Numbered from the stretch's first letter, positions 34,992-46,157 are shown. The stretch: DNA of 48,720 bases from a virus (IMGVR_UViG_3300032330_000853:1-48720); one strand, 5' to 3'. Notes: generated by a model from the letters alone, not told the origin. Program-made: numbers and translations.

Positions 34992-35915
34992 CTATCTTAA
35001 CATACCAATGATGGAATTGTCAAATTGGAACTCCAACTTTTTAATTGCATCATCATCCATGTCGCCTATATCTTTATATTTTTTGTCTATATATACTGGT
35101 GTAACAATTGGTCCAAGTTTTTCAACTAACTTGTCTTTCATTATCACTCCAGCATCATCGTTATCTGCAATCAGAACAATGTTATTAAAATATTTTTCTA
35201 ATAACTTTATCTGTGCTGCAGAAACGTTTGCCCCTAACGTAGCAACGGCAGGGAACCCTACTTGGTCTAATCTAATTGCATCAAAAGAAGATTCTACTAG
35301 ATACACAGTAGTTGATGTTTTAACTCTATGCAAGTTAAATAGAACTTTTCCTTTTGGCAATCCTGGTGTATTCTTAAACTCTTTTCCTTCAACAGTTCTA
35401 GCAACAAATCCTATACACATACCATCTGGTGAATGAACTGGAATAATAACTGAATCTTGTTTTTCTGAATATCCAAGACTAAACTTATTCATTGAATCTT
35501 TACTTATACTTCTTCCTTCAAAATATCTAAGTGCTCTAGGAGATTCTAGTGCTTGATTGTTTAATCTTTTAATTAATAGTTCATCATATTGAACAAATTC
35601 TGGTTTTTGAAGAAGAGCCTTATTAACAGAATCTTGAATGCTTGTTTCTTGCTCTTTGCCTTTAATATATCTAACTGCTTCAAAATATGTTCTATTAGAT
35701 GTATGCATTATAAATTCAATAAGGCTTTTTGTTGTTTGACATCCAAAACAAAAAAATGTTCCATGATCTTTTGATACTTCTCCAGCAGGAGTTCTATTGT
35801 TGTTGTGGTATGGACAAAAAACAATATAGTCTGTTCCATACTCTGCTTCAATATCAATACCTGCTCCAGTAAGGACACGACGCACTTGCTCTGCTGTATA
35901 CATATCTTTAACCAT
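34992..35915 (-). CDS. dnaG: DNA primase (CHC2 Zn finger plus TOPRIM)
   Basis: CPYH...CFGC, VES.FD and IADNDDAG. Confidence 0.9.
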   Translation of the reverse strand: MVKDMYTAEQVRRVLTGAGIDIEAEYGTDYIVFCPYHNNNRTPAGEVSKDHGTFFCFGCQTTKSLIEFIMHTSNRTYFEAVRYIKGKEQETSIQDSVNKALLQKPEFVQYDELLIKRLNNQALESPRALRYFEGRSISKDSMNKFSLGYSEKQDSVIIPVHSPDGMCIGFVARTVEGKEFKNTPGLPKGKVLFNLHRVKTSTTVYLVESSFDAIRLDQVGFPAVATLGANVSAAQIKLLEKYFNNIVLIADNDDAGVIMKDKLVEKLGPIVTPVYIDKKYKDIGDMDDDAIKKLEFQFDNSIIGMLR

Positions 35916-37134
35916 TTGTGTCCTCATAGTCTTTATAACGATAGTATCCCCTATCAAAGTCTACCTGAACCAAGAAGTCCCCCATAAAACCATTTCTATT
36001 TTTTCTAAATACGCATTCAATAATATCACTATTCGTAGCACGACCAAGGGCCATAACCCAGTCAGCATCATATGCAATCTGTCTTGACCAAGCAGTTTGT
36101 CCAAGAGTTGGTGCAGAGGCCAAGTCTTTTACATCATCTGGTGTTGCAGATGAGATAGCAATAATAGGTACTTCTTCACTAATAGCCATAAGTTTAAGTT
36201 CACGAGAAAGGTTTTTCATCTTTACCGTTTCATTATCAGACTTTTGATTTGGGTTCATAAGTTGCAAATAGTCAACAACAACAAAGTCTGGCTTGTACTG
36301 ATCAATCTTTCCACGAATAACAGATGGAGTTACTTCACCACCGCTATCATTTGAAATAATATGAAACTCTGGCTTACCTTCAAGTTTGTCAGCATGCCAT
36401 TTTTTAAGCATATCAATTTCAATTTCACCATTACTGATTTTACGATGCGACCAAAGTCCTTCTCCCATAATTGCAAATACACGATTACGTACTTCTGTCT
36501 CACTCATTTCAAGAGAAATAATTAATGGAGATTTTCCTTGTTTCCAAGCCTGAACAGCAAAATAAAGTGCAAGCCATGATTTACCAATTCCTGGATAAGC
36601 AAGAAATACTCCAAGTTGTCCAGGCATAATTCCAGAAGGCAAGTAGTTGTCAAATCCTGGTAATCCAGTTTTAATTCCCAATGATCCAAGCGCTTGCATC
36701 TTTTTTACATTTTCAAAATATGCAACTGCAGACTCAAGATCTGTTGCATCAATATCTCTAATTGCAGAAGTATTTTTTTTAAGTTCAGATGTTTTAGTAA
36801 TTAAGTGTTCAAGTGCATTACTTCCATTGCCACTTTGAACCTCACCTGCAGCATTGCGTAATATATCTTTAAGGCTATCATTTAAATATTCTACTTGTAA
36901 TTCTTCAAGATGATGTTTTGTTGCACCAACTTCTTCAACTGGTTCAAAGTCTCTAAACTTTTCTACAACAAGAGATGTTGGTGGAACTGATTGATTATTT
37001 TCTGAATACTGTCTAATAAAATTCCAAACGTCGTTATGTGTTCTTAAAAGATTGTCAACGTTTGCTTGTAGTAATACGTGGATTTGTTTATCATTTAATA
37101 CTGCTGTAATTAACTTTGCTTCTGTATTATTCAC
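35908..37134 (-). CDS. dnaB: Replicative DNA helicase
   Basis: AYPGIGKS, SLEM, VVDYLQLM, IAYDAD and KNRNG. Confidence 0.93.
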   Translation of the reverse strand: MNNTEAKLITAVLNDKQIHVLLQANVDNLLRTHNDVWNFIRQYSENNQSVPPTSLVVEKFRDFEPVEEVGATKHHLEELQVEYLNDSLKDILRNAAGEVQSGNGSNALEHLITKTSELKKNTSAIRDIDATDLESAVAYFENVKKMQALGSLGIKTGLPGFDNYLPSGIMPGQLGVFLAYPGIGKSWLALYFAVQAWKQGKSPLIISLEMSETEVRNRVFAIMGEGLWSHRKISNGEIEIDMLKKWHADKLEGKPEFHIISNDSGGEVTPSVIRGKIDQYKPDFVVVDYLQLMNPNQKSDNETVKMKNLSRELKLMAISEEVPIIAISSATPDDVKDLASAPTLGQTAWSRQIAYDADWVMALGRATNSDIIECVFRKNRNGFMGDFLVQVDFDRGYYRYKDYEDTNG

Positions 37135-37435
37135 TAATCCACTTCCTTGCTAGTTCTCTGCGTTCTTTTCTTTCTTTAATATCTTGCTCTACTTCTAGTT
37201 TACCATTAAGAATTTTTTCTGCATTGTATGCAAAATAATTCCATGAAGGTTCTTGCGCTATTTTAAAGTAATAATCTAATAAATCATAGCATTGTGATAT
37301 GCCGTATGATTCAACTAAGCCGTCAGCAGCCCACTGCTCAACGTTAAGGTTCATACTAGACTTGGCTTCATATCTTTGCAGATGCAACTTATTGTATCTA
37401 CTTAGCAAAGCCATACGGTCTTTGCGTTCAGCCAT
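37127..37435 (-). CDS. Hypothetical protein (possible helicase accessory)
   Basis: Coupled directly upstream of dnaB. Confidence 0.6.
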   Translation of the reverse strand: MAERKDRMALLSRYNKLHLQRYEAKSSMNLNVEQWAADGLVESYGISQCYDLLDYYFKIAQEPSWNYFAYNAEKILNGKLEVEQDIKERKERRELARKWISE

Positions 37436-37436
37436 A

Positions 37437-37649
37437 TTAGTCCTCTATGAGAGATTCTTTTGCGTCTTTTACTTTCTGGATTACTTGATTTTCAACAAAA
37501 GTATAAACACGATCCATTGCTTCTCCAACATTTTCACCTTGTCGCACTTGGTCTACTACACCAAGATCAACTCTTAATGATTGGAAATTTCCTAAATTTA
37601 ATGTGTATCCAAGTGTTGCTGATACCTTTGTGCTGTTATTTTCTTCCAT
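37437..37649 (-). CDS. Conserved hypothetical protein
   Basis: LGYTLNLGNFQSLRVD motif. Confidence 0.7.
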   Translation of the reverse strand: MEENNSTKVSATLGYTLNLGNFQSLRVDLGVVDQVRQGENVGEAMDRVYTFVENQVIQKVKDAKESLIED

Positions 37650-37667
37650 ACCCCACCATTTCTATTG

Positions 37668-38210
37668 TTAAATATTCTCTGCCCACACAGGAATGAATCT
37701 ACCATCTTCTGTCTTCGTATATGTAAGTATACCGTCTCCCATTCGCCGTGTCAATTCTTGGCTTGTAGGAGTCATATTATTTGTTATTAATCCATCTTTT
37801 CTTGGTTGTCCTATATGTATAGTAGCCAGTATAGCACGAATCTCTCTTACTGCGCTTTCTGAATAATAAGATCTTATTCTAAATCCACGCTCACCATTTA
37901 TTTTAGCACCAGTTGGTGGTGGTATCATTCCAGTCTTAATTAATTTAGGCATATATTTTCTATGACGATTAATTAACTTAGCAGTCTCAGCAACTGTATA
38001 TGCTCGTTCTCTATTTTTTCTAAAATCTGCACGAAGGCATGTTTCAAGTCTATCCTTGGTTATATTATAAACAGAAACTAAACCAGTTGATCTTGAACTA
38101 TGATGAAGCCTTACAAGGTCTCCATTAAGAAACCATATTTTTTGATTACCTTTTATCACATCTTCGTTATTGTATGCTTCGCTCTGGATAATTCCTTTGC
38201 TAGTAACCAT
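37668..38210 (-). CDS. MerR-like HTH DNA-binding protein
   Basis: YTVAETAKLINRH...L..GMIPPP....R.YYSE. Confidence 0.65.
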   Translation of the reverse strand: MVTSKGIIQSEAYNNEDVIKGNQKIWFLNGDLVRLHHSSRSTGLVSVYNITKDRLETCLRADFRKNRERAYTVAETAKLINRHRKYMPKLIKTGMIPPPTGAKINGERGFRIRSYYSESAVREIRAILATIHIGQPRKDGLITNNMTPTSQELTRRMGDGILTYTKTEDGRFIPVWAENI

Positions 38211-38347
38211 CTTCCTTCTTCACTTTCTCCTGGAGGGTGAAAAAAATTTCTTGATCCGCATAATATACAATATGTTTCAATATGTTGAACACCACTGTAT
38301 TGCCTATCAATAAATAAACGCCCACTACATTTTTTACAATTAATCAT
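38156..38347 (-). CDS. Small Zn-ribbon protein
   Basis: CKKCSGR...YCILCG. Confidence 0.65.
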   Translation of the reverse strand: MINCKKCSGRLFIDRQYSGVQHIETYCILCGSRNFFHPPGESEEGRWLLAKELSRAKHTITKM

Positions 38348-38351
38348 ATTA

Positions 38352-38795
38352 TTAATTTGGTATGCCAATAATAATTAAATGAACTGCCAAAGAAAGATCT
38401 CCAGATGCACCAAATCTAACAACGCCTTCAATTCTAGATGTTGTTATTGTTTTTAAAATAACGCTAACATTTTGTCCTGCTGGTGTATTTCCAATATTTA
38501 CTGGTGTTGCAGAAACAATTGGCGAATATTTAAAATCACTTGGAAAATCATATGAAAATGTTTTTTCAGATGCTGCTGTGACTGTTGAGTTATTTGCTAC
38601 TTCTACGTAACCACCAACAACTCTTGCCTCCGATGTTTTAATATTTTGTTTGCCAGCAGATACTGTATCAATAGTTGTATAGTTATATGTAGCAGATGAA
38701 ACCTGTGTAGATAAATCATTTACTGCGTCTGCTAACTGATAGATGTATGTAACATCTAGTGGTTGCCCTCTTTCTGGTAGTGGTACTTTTGCCAT
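38352..38795 (-). CDS. Putative minor tail / tail-fibre-associated protein
   Basis: End of the tail operon. Beta-rich F...F...P.V..T pattern. Confidence 0.55.
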   Translation of the reverse strand: MAKVPLPERGQPLDVTYIYQLADAVNDLSTQVSSATYNYTTIDTVSAGKQNIKTSEARVVGGYVEVANNSTVTAASEKTFSYDFPSDFKYSPIVSATPVNIGNTPAGQNVSVILKTITTSRIEGVVRFGASGDLSLAVHLIIIGIPN

Positions 38796-38807
38796 ATTAT
38801 TCTCCTT

Positions 38808-39338
38808 TTATATGCTTTGCTCTTTTTGAAAAAGAGAAAGTCTTGTATCATAAACTTTATTATTTGTTGGTATTTGAATTGCAACTCTGATGTCTGATGG
38901 ATTATCTGCTCTATGCAATAAAGAAAAATTATTTGCTGTAGTAGTTGTATAATATGAATAATTTTCCCATGTTCCGCCAACTTTCCATGCTATCCAAACA
39001 TCAAAAATATTAACGTCAGAAAATATTGCTTCATATTTTGCAACATCTGGATCTGCATCATATTCTGCTGGTGTTGGATATGTCCAAACACAAGTTATTA
39101 ATTTAGGAGCATTACCTAAATCCTTTATTAAAATTCTATCAGTAGTTGTATACGGCATATTAGCAATGCTGGTTGGTGGAACAACAAGCCTTGTAATTGG
39201 AGAATATTGTGATGTGCGGTTTTTATCATCTGATATAACTCTATATCTTACATCATAAAATAATTCAGTGTCATTAAAACTTACATATGGTAAGTCTTTA
39301 TTTTTAATAATAGCCTTTTTAATTCCAGCATCAGCCAT
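38808..39338 (-). CDS. Putative minor tail protein
   Basis: Tail operon position. YRVIS.DKNRTS.YSP resembles an FN3-like strand. Confidence 0.5.
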   Translation of the reverse strand: MADAGIKKAIIKNKDLPYVSFNDTELFYDVRYRVISDDKNRTSQYSPITRLVVPPTSIANMPYTTTDRILIKDLGNAPKLITCVWTYPTPAEYDADPDVAKYEAIFSDVNIFDVWIAWKVGGTWENYSYYTTTTANNFSLLHRADNPSDIRVAIQIPTNNKVYDTRLSLFQKEQSI

Positions 39339-40474
39339 TATGAAGTCGCTCCGCCAGTAACGTCTATACTAAATCTAAACTCAATATAATTGCTTGTATT
39401 TGGTGGTTTAATAACAGTTGCACCATCGGTTGTTTGAATTACTGAATATCCAGTTAACCCATAAAGTGGATTTAATGTTCCAATATTTTCTAATCTTATT
39501 GCATCTAAAGCAACATAATAGTTACCTGTTGGTGATCCAGCATCTACAACACAAGCATATATTTTTACAACTGTAACTGCATTCCATGTAAAGTTTGCCG
39601 ATGTGTATAATTCTTGAAGTTGTTTTTTTATAACATAATGTCTGTTAGTTGCAAAATCAATTCCATCAACACCATCAACTAAGTTAACTTCAAATCTAGC
39701 ATATTCTCCAGAGCCAGAATCTGTTGATGCAAAGTCAACAAGAATTCTAACTGAGTCGGGTTCTGCAACTGAATCACCATTTAAACTTATTAATGAAAAA
39801 GCCATTCTTAGTTCATCTACTGGAGAATTTCTTGAAAAATCAACATTTGGACTTGTAAGATGAATATGATTTGATCCAGATTGAACAACAAGATGTCCAC
39901 CAGATAATGTTAAATTAGAGTCATCTCCTTGCATTAAAATTGTATTATTTAAAAATCTTGCTCTTTCATATCTAGATGCTCTTGGCTCTTTATAAAAAAT
40001 AGGATTATCTATGTTTGTTTGAAATACTGGATCGGCAATAGCAATAACGTTATCATATGCTGGTGCATCTAGTGCTGCAGTATATGCTGGTATTGCACTT
40101 GCAGAAGATGCAGTATGATATTGCCAGTTTTCTGTTGCTGTAAATCCAAATACTGTTTTACTATCTTTTGCTCCAGCAGATGGATTTGAACCTGCAGAAA
40201 ATATTCCAACTTCGCTAATTTCATATCTTTCTTCTGTTGGAAGTTCTGCAGTTAATACTATTTTATCAAGACCATCTTCATTGATAAATCCTCTTGAAGA
40301 TATTGGCACACGTAACATTTCAAAATCTAAGTTAGTTTTATTTGAGTAGTTCCCAGGGGTATCTCCTGAAGATAGTGGAGTACCACCACATCCAATAGCA
40401 ATGTATGATGCATATGCTGGAGCCTGTCCAAGCATATATTTGGCAATAATGCCCTTACCTATATCGGTTATCAT
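39338..40474 (-). CDS. Putative tail/baseplate protein
   Basis: MIT..GK..IAK...YIAIG.G and ISEVGIF resemble baseplate/tail-fibre attachment N-domains. Confidence 0.65.
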   Translation of the reverse strand: MITDIGKGIIAKYMLGQAPAYASYIAIGCGGTPLSSGDTPGNYSNKTNLDFEMLRVPISSRGFINEDGLDKIVLTAELPTEERYEISEVGIFSAGSNPSAGAKDSKTVFGFTATENWQYHTASSASAIPAYTAALDAPAYDNVIAIADPVFQTNIDNPIFYKEPRASRYERARFLNNTILMQGDDSNLTLSGGHLVVQSGSNHIHLTSPNVDFSRNSPVDELRMAFSLISLNGDSVAEPDSVRILVDFASTDSGSGEYARFEVNLVDGVDGIDFATNRHYVIKKQLQELYTSANFTWNAVTVVKIYACVVDAGSPTGNYYVALDAIRLENIGTLNPLYGLTGYSVIQTTDGATVIKPPNTSNYIEFRFSIDVTGGATS

Positions 40475-41205
40475 GAAGTAAATCCCTCTACTGTGTCTTC
40501 ATATATTGTACCATTTGTAACAATTTGAATCTCTACTTGTTCGTCAGCCTCTAGTTTAATTAATTCTATTGTTAGATTGCCGTTGTTTGGATCTATATAA
40601 ATATTGCTTCCATTTAATCCGTTACCCTCGCTTGGAATCTTATCTTCTAGTTTAATTGAAAATCCAGCAAAAAATCTATTTGATGTTTGCTGAAGACTAA
40701 CTATATTATTAGGGTTATATTGCTGTTGAATTGCAGATATATTTTTAATTGGTTGATATGAAATTGGTTGACCATTAATTGTATCAGATCTGGCAATATT
40801 AATTAATTCTTGCCCGCCAATATTTTCAAACAACAGGTCTTCCATAACCTCTATTGGGACAGTTTCATCATTAAACAATACAATGTCTGGTGTTGCTGTT
40901 TTAACTGGAGGTGCGGGTGGTGTATATGTTACAGATGATATTGGAACAACTGGTGTTGCAGTAAGACTTGCACCATTAAAGTTACTTGAAGATTCATATC
41001 CAACACTTTCTTGTGTTGTTGGTGGAATATTTGTTGTAGTACTAGAACCTAAACCTTTTAAAAGATTTTGAGCATAATTTGCAGTTGCAGTATTTAATTT
41101 ATCCATTGCTGCAAAAATTTGTTTTTGTGTTGCTTTAGGATTTGCTAAAACCTTATCAATTGCTGCATTTGCTTTATCTAACGCTAATTCAAATTTATCT
41201 GCCAT
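40471..41205 (-). CDS. Putative minor tail protein
   Basis: Tail operon position. N-terminal helical extension plus Thr/Pro linker before the conserved-looking VK.ATPDI..F domain. Confidence 0.55.
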   Translation of the reverse strand: MADKFELALDKANAAIDKVLANPKATQKQIFAAMDKLNTATANYAQNLLKGLGSSTTTNIPPTTQESVGYESSSNFNGASLTATPVVPISSVTYTPPAPPVKTATPDIVLFNDETVPIEVMEDLLFENIGGQELINIARSDTINGQPISYQPIKNISAIQQQYNPNNIVSLQQTSNRFFAGFSIKLEDKIPSEGNGLNGSNIYIDPNNGNLTIELIKLEADEQVEIQIVTNGTIYEDTVEGFTS

Positions 41206-41206
41206 C

Positions 41207-44200
41207 TTATACCTCAACCAAATATAGAATCATTTCAGGACCTGTTATTGTTCTTGAATATTGAATATTATAAACAACAAATCTTAAACTATCAGATGCA
41301 ACAAGATTAATATTATTTGTATCTTTGTAGTCAATAGTAACAATATCTCCTAATTGTATTGCTGGGTTTGCAAATATTTTAACTCCAATAAGTTGTTTTG
41401 GTTTCATAATTTTATTAACAACCCAACCCATTAATTCATTAGCATCATCCTGTGTTTGTATATATGGTGTATCAAGTGAGAAATCATTATTTCCATATAT
41501 AACTCTACTTAATTTAATTTCATCATATTTTGCTTGTTCAACAAGTGGTGAGTAAATAGTTGAAGAACTATCTAGTTGTTGATTTGCCAAATTACTTCTC
41601 TTTTTAAAATATTCATCAACTGTTAATTCATGTGTGGTATCTTGTGTAAATGTTATACCTTGAATTCTTAAATAATTACCAGTTGTTTCATCTAAATTTA
41701 ATAATGTATCTGTTGCATTAAATATTAAAAACTCTGCGCCATAAGAATCTGCATAAAATCCAGAAGTTACGTATCCTTTTAATCTGTTTAATGTTGGACT
41801 TAGTTTAGAATATAAGGCTGGATATGCACGATCATATTTAATATCAAAATATGCACACTCTCTCATGGTAGTTCCAAATTCTTCAAAATACATACTATAC
41901 TTTGGTGGTTGTTGAGAACTTATACCAGATAAATATGTTGATTTTACTATACCGCTCATTGCATATTTTCTAAATGATTCAGATGCATTAACTTCAGTAG
42001 CACCAAATGCTGAAGATAGTTTTTCACCAACTGTAAAGACTGTGTTTTGTGAATAATTTTCTGATAATGCATAAAAGTTTTCAAACATACATCTTGAAGA
42101 ACCACGAACAAAAAGAGCAGAGTTGTTGTAGATTGGCAGTGGGTCTGTATCATCAACTGTTTTAATTAACTTATTATTTATATAAAGATAAAATCTTCTT
42201 ATATTTCCAATATCTTCATATTCAACAGCAAGGTCATATACTGTTGGAGTTTCTTCTGAAACCATACGATACTGTCCAGTAAATCTTCCATCATCAACAA
42301 CAATCTTTGACAGACCTCCCCAAAGTTTTACTGGGATTGCATCTGTGTTTGATGAATCTTTTTTAATTTTATAAAATACAACGTTATTAATTTCAATTGA
42401 GGATTGACCGTTTGTATTTAAATTTAAATAAGACTCTATATTATTTTCTGTAAGTGCTGCAATTTCAAAATAGTATCCATTGTTTGTTGTTGGATTTAGT
42501 AACATTGCTATGCCACCAGATCCACCACCAATGCTAACATTTTTGTCTGGTGCAGATCCAGTTACTTGATAAAATGTTGTGCTACCAATTGGTGTTTGTG
42601 TTCTATTTTCATTATTTTCAATTTTTCCAACTATACGCATTCTTGTTCCAAAATGCTTATATGCATTATCTAATTCTTTATAAACATATGAAATAAAATT
42701 AATTGGTGTTTCTGTAGTAGCAAATGAAGGACCATTCATAATAAATGCAGATGACTGAACTGTTCCAGTTTGTGTTGACTTTAAATTGTTAACATCTGTC
42801 TCTGTCAAAAATGTAGATGATGAAAAGTTTTTAATAATTCCATTTCTTGATGTCTGTCTTGCTTTTGTATTACTTACTCCTGCTGCACCTGTAGTTGTTG
42901 TTGGTGTTGTAATATCACTTAATAATGTTGTTGTATATAAATACTGCGATTTCATTTCACATCCACGAACATAGTCATTATTAGACCAGTACGATGAAAG
43001 ACCAGCGGAGTGATTTGTTATGGTAGTTCCAAACTGTGCTCGTCCATGTTGATATACATTACCATTTTTTAAGCGGGTAAGTCCATCAACTGTTTCATAG
43101 TATGGCTCTGCATAAATTCTTATTAAACCTGTTGGATATATTTTTCCATTAAATGGTAATGAAGAAAAATAATTCTGATACTCTTGATTGTTAGAAATCC
43201 AAACATTACCAGTTCCAGTAACATTATATTGTGCTGCATCATATTTAACTATTTCTCCATTAGCATATAAAAATCCACTATATCTTGTTAGGCTGTAAAT
43301 ATTTTCACCAATGTCTATAATATTATTTACTAGTTCATTATTAACAACTGTTGGTTCTGAATCTGTTAAGTCTGAATTTAATGGCATTGCACCAAGCACA
43401 TAATTACCCTGCTTAGATACTACCGAGTTAATTGTTTTTAGTTCATCAGTTCCAGCAACTTCCCAAAGTAGTACTGGTTTATATATCCATGTTTTTTCTT
43501 GATCAACCATACTTGATTGTTTTACTGAACCATATGATCTTTGTATATATCTAGTCGTATAGTTAATTCTACCGTTGTTATATACTTTTTTATTTTGTGA
43601 AGTTATTTCAAAAATATTAGGTAATATACCATTAGTTTGATTTTCTATAATTCCATCTTGACTTTGATTATTTGTTCCAGAAAGAACTAGGTCTGTGGCC
43701 CTATCGTTAATAGTTGGAAGAATATAGTTTTTGCTCATAACAATAAAATTATTGTATTCATCAAAAAACATTGCTGTCTGTGTTGATACTGCTAATTGGT
43801 TTAATACTTCTGCAATATTTTGATCTGGCGCAATAAAAAAGTATGGAATGATTGGATCATTTTCTGAGTCAATTCTATTAAATGAGTAGTTGCTAAAACC
43901 AATATAGTCAAGAAGAAGGCTAACTGCATAACTTAAAGAAACTTGAGTTACAAGCATTCGTGGTGCTGGCATAGACTCTAAGAAAAAATAAAAATCTCTT
44001 AACTGAATTTGAAGTGTTGCACCAGTTGAATCTGCTTGTGGAAAACCTTCAGAGTATAAAGTTTTAATAGGAATCCAATAATCATATCCATCAACATTTA
44101 ATATCTTTTCATAAAAATTAAATTTAATATTTTTACGTATATAGTTTGCAACAATGCTATTTGCATTATTGTCGTTAAATGCTTGATCATCATCAAACAG

Positions 44201-45523
44201 AATGATTGAACCAGTTGATGCAAGTAATTGTCCAACTGGCAAAGCAGAGTTTCCTAAATCTGAAAGAATTTTATTAATAGAATATTCAATTGTTTTATCG
44301 GATAAATTAACTATTAGTCTTGGAGACATTTCAATTAAATCAAAAGTACAATCAAATTTATTCATTGTTTCTACAACAATTCTTATTCCTTGAATGTATT
44401 CAAATTCTCTATACTTTATTGTTCCATCTGTTGTGCTGGTATATGAAAGTGGTGATGTAATATCTGTTACAAAACTTGTTTTATTATCAATTTCTTCTGA
44501 CCCAAGATACCATCCATAGTTTGGAATAAAAGTTTCATATTGTCCAGTTGCTGAATCCCAAATATAAAAAACGCCAATATGGTTATCAGTTTCAATAACA
44601 AGATATGCATATCCATTTAAAGAAACATTTGGAAGCATTGTAGATGATGAAAGTGTTTCTGCAAAAACAAAAGAATCTTTATATTTATCTGGAACTATCA
44701 GTCCATATTGTAGTTCAACATATCCATCAGAGTCAACTATTACCGATCCATTTTCACGTAAATCATTTTCTGTAAATGAATAGGCATCTTGCCATTGATT
44801 ATTTTTTAAATATTGTATTTTCCATCTAGATGGTGTTGTTCTATTAGCGTTACCATAGAATGGGTCATTAAAGGCTTCTGAGGCATTTGTGAACGGTCCA
44901 AGGTCAATATCCCCAACGTTTGTTTGCATCTTAACTATAAGCCTGTTTGTTGGCACTTCATCTTTATATACTACAAATGGTACTGCGTCATCAATATAAT
45001 AGTTACCGTTTGAAATATTATTTGATATACCTCGCTCAGTTCCATTTTCAGTTCTATAAGATGTCCAATATTTAAATTGATCATATTTAGATGGCATATA
45101 ATATCTTGGTCTTCTTGCTATGTTTGCCCCAGAATTTGGAAGATAATCTCCAGCAAAGTAAAGTGGTTTGTTGATTCCAGATCTTGGTCTAAATGGCTTA
45201 ATACAATCTTCTAATGAATATATCATTTTCATTTTTTCATTAGTTGAGGTAAAACTTATTGGAGTCCCATTATTTTGATATCCACCATCTACTACAATAT
45301 CTGCATCTGTTGCCCCAGTATAGTAATTCCCAGTGTCTTGATTGTCAAATGATATCGGCAAATTTCTTAATTGTAAATCTGATCCAAGAGGTCTGTATCT
45401 ATAATTACCAAGTTTAGAAATATTGTCTGGCATATTCATATTCCATTCAGCAAGGACTAAAGATTCCGCTTGTATTGTTGCTGATGTTTCTAAATGTGTT
45501 TTTAATGCTTCACTAACAAACAA
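41207..45523 (-). CDS. Large minor tail / baseplate hub protein
   Basis: 1438 aa, second gene after the tape measure. FFDEYNNF and NPAIQLGDIVTI motifs typical of hub proteins. Confidence 0.7.
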   Translation of the reverse strand: MFVSEALKTHLETSATIQAESLVLAEWNMNMPDNISKLGNYRYRPLGSDLQLRNLPISFDNQDTGNYYTGATDADIVVDGGYQNNGTPISFTSTNEKMKMIYSLEDCIKPFRPRSGINKPLYFAGDYLPNSGANIARRPRYYMPSKYDQFKYWTSYRTENGTERGISNNISNGNYYIDDAVPFVVYKDEVPTNRLIVKMQTNVGDIDLGPFTNASEAFNDPFYGNANRTTPSRWKIQYLKNNQWQDAYSFTENDLRENGSVIVDSDGYVELQYGLIVPDKYKDSFVFAETLSSSTMLPNVSLNGYAYLVIETDNHIGVFYIWDSATGQYETFIPNYGWYLGSEEIDNKTSFVTDITSPLSYTSTTDGTIKYREFEYIQGIRIVVETMNKFDCTFDLIEMSPRLIVNLSDKTIEYSINKILSDLGNSALPVGQLLASTGSIILFDDDQAFNDNNANSIVANYIRKNIKFNFYEKILNVDGYDYWIPIKTLYSEGFPQADSTGATLQIQLRDFYFFLESMPAPRMLVTQVSLSYAVSLLLDYIGFSNYSFNRIDSENDPIIPYFFIAPDQNIAEVLNQLAVSTQTAMFFDEYNNFIVMSKNYILPTINDRATDLVLSGTNNQSQDGIIENQTNGILPNIFEITSQNKKVYNNGRINYTTRYIQRSYGSVKQSSMVDQEKTWIYKPVLLWEVAGTDELKTINSVVSKQGNYVLGAMPLNSDLTDSEPTVVNNELVNNIIDIGENIYSLTRYSGFLYANGEIVKYDAAQYNVTGTGNVWISNNQEYQNYFSSLPFNGKIYPTGLIRIYAEPYYETVDGLTRLKNGNVYQHGRAQFGTTITNHSAGLSSYWSNNDYVRGCEMKSQYLYTTTLLSDITTPTTTTGAAGVSNTKARQTSRNGIIKNFSSSTFLTETDVNNLKSTQTGTVQSSAFIMNGPSFATTETPINFISYVYKELDNAYKHFGTRMRIVGKIENNENRTQTPIGSTTFYQVTGSAPDKNVSIGGGSGGIAMLLNPTTNNGYYFEIAALTENNIESYLNLNTNGQSSIEINNVVFYKIKKDSSNTDAIPVKLWGGLSKIVVDDGRFTGQYRMVSEETPTVYDLAVEYEDIGNIRRFYLYINNKLIKTVDDTDPLPIYNNSALFVRGSSRCMFENFYALSENYSQNTVFTVGEKLSSAFGATEVNASESFRKYAMSGIVKSTYLSGISSQQPPKYSMYFEEFGTTMRECAYFDIKYDRAYPALYSKLSPTLNRLKGYVTSGFYADSYGAEFLIFNATDTLLNLDETTGNYLRIQGITFTQDTTHELTVDEYFKKRSNLANQQLDSSSTIYSPLVEQAKYDEIKLSRVIYGNNDFSLDTPYIQTQDDANELMGWVVNKIMKPKQLIGVKIFANPAIQLGDIVTIDYKDTNNINLVASDSLRFVVYNIQYSRTITGPEMILYLVEV

Positions 45524-45524
45524 T

Positions 45525-46157
45525 TTAGACCTCTTCCAGATTTACCGAAATATTCCAAAGGTCATGATTATTCCCACCACGCTTAACAACAGAATAATTA
45601 AAGTCTGCAAAGTAAACTTGAATTATTTGATTATATTGTCCAAGATGATTATATTCATCTACTCCTGAAAAATTATTATGTTTGTCGTATGCAAGATACA
45701 TCCAAAATGGTCCTTGATGATTTTCATACCATTCAAGAATTTCTCCTCCTCCAGCACCACCATCTGATGTGTATTCATTTGTTGTATTAAAGTTTGAAGA
45801 TTTTCCAGTTGTAGTGTTAAAATTTGGATCTCCTGCGTATGACCTTGATGGAACCATATTCCAAGAAACAGTCATATTAAGTTTATCTGCAATATGATAT
45901 GAACGCATACGCCCATTAATTGTTCTTTTTCTTTGTTCAATTCTTTGTTGAGCAAAATTCATTTCTGAACGATTATGATCTGTTAATACTATAAACTGAT
46001 CTAATAAATCTGGATCTGTCTCTTCTGTATCTGCACCAACTTCATAGCCATTTGGAACATATATTCCATTACTTAGTGTTCCAGCATTTTCAGACCAAAG
46101 AATTGCCTGTGGTCTTTGATATCTTTTTCTTCCAGAGATATAAGCGCTTGTAGCCAT
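45525..46157 (-). CDS. Distal-tail-like minor tail protein
   Basis: Directly after the tape measure. RTINGRMR and WNISVNLEEV. Confidence 0.65.
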   Translation of the reverse strand: MATSAYISGRKRYQRPQAILWSENAGTLSNGIYVPNGYEVGADTEETDPDLLDQFIVLTDHNRSEMNFAQQRIEQRKRTINGRMRSYHIADKLNMTVSWNMVPSRSYAGDPNFNTTTGKSSNFNTTNEYTSDGGAGGGEILEWYENHQGPFWMYLAYDKHNNFSGVDEYNHLGQYNQIIQVYFADFNYSVVKRGGNNHDLWNISVNLEEV

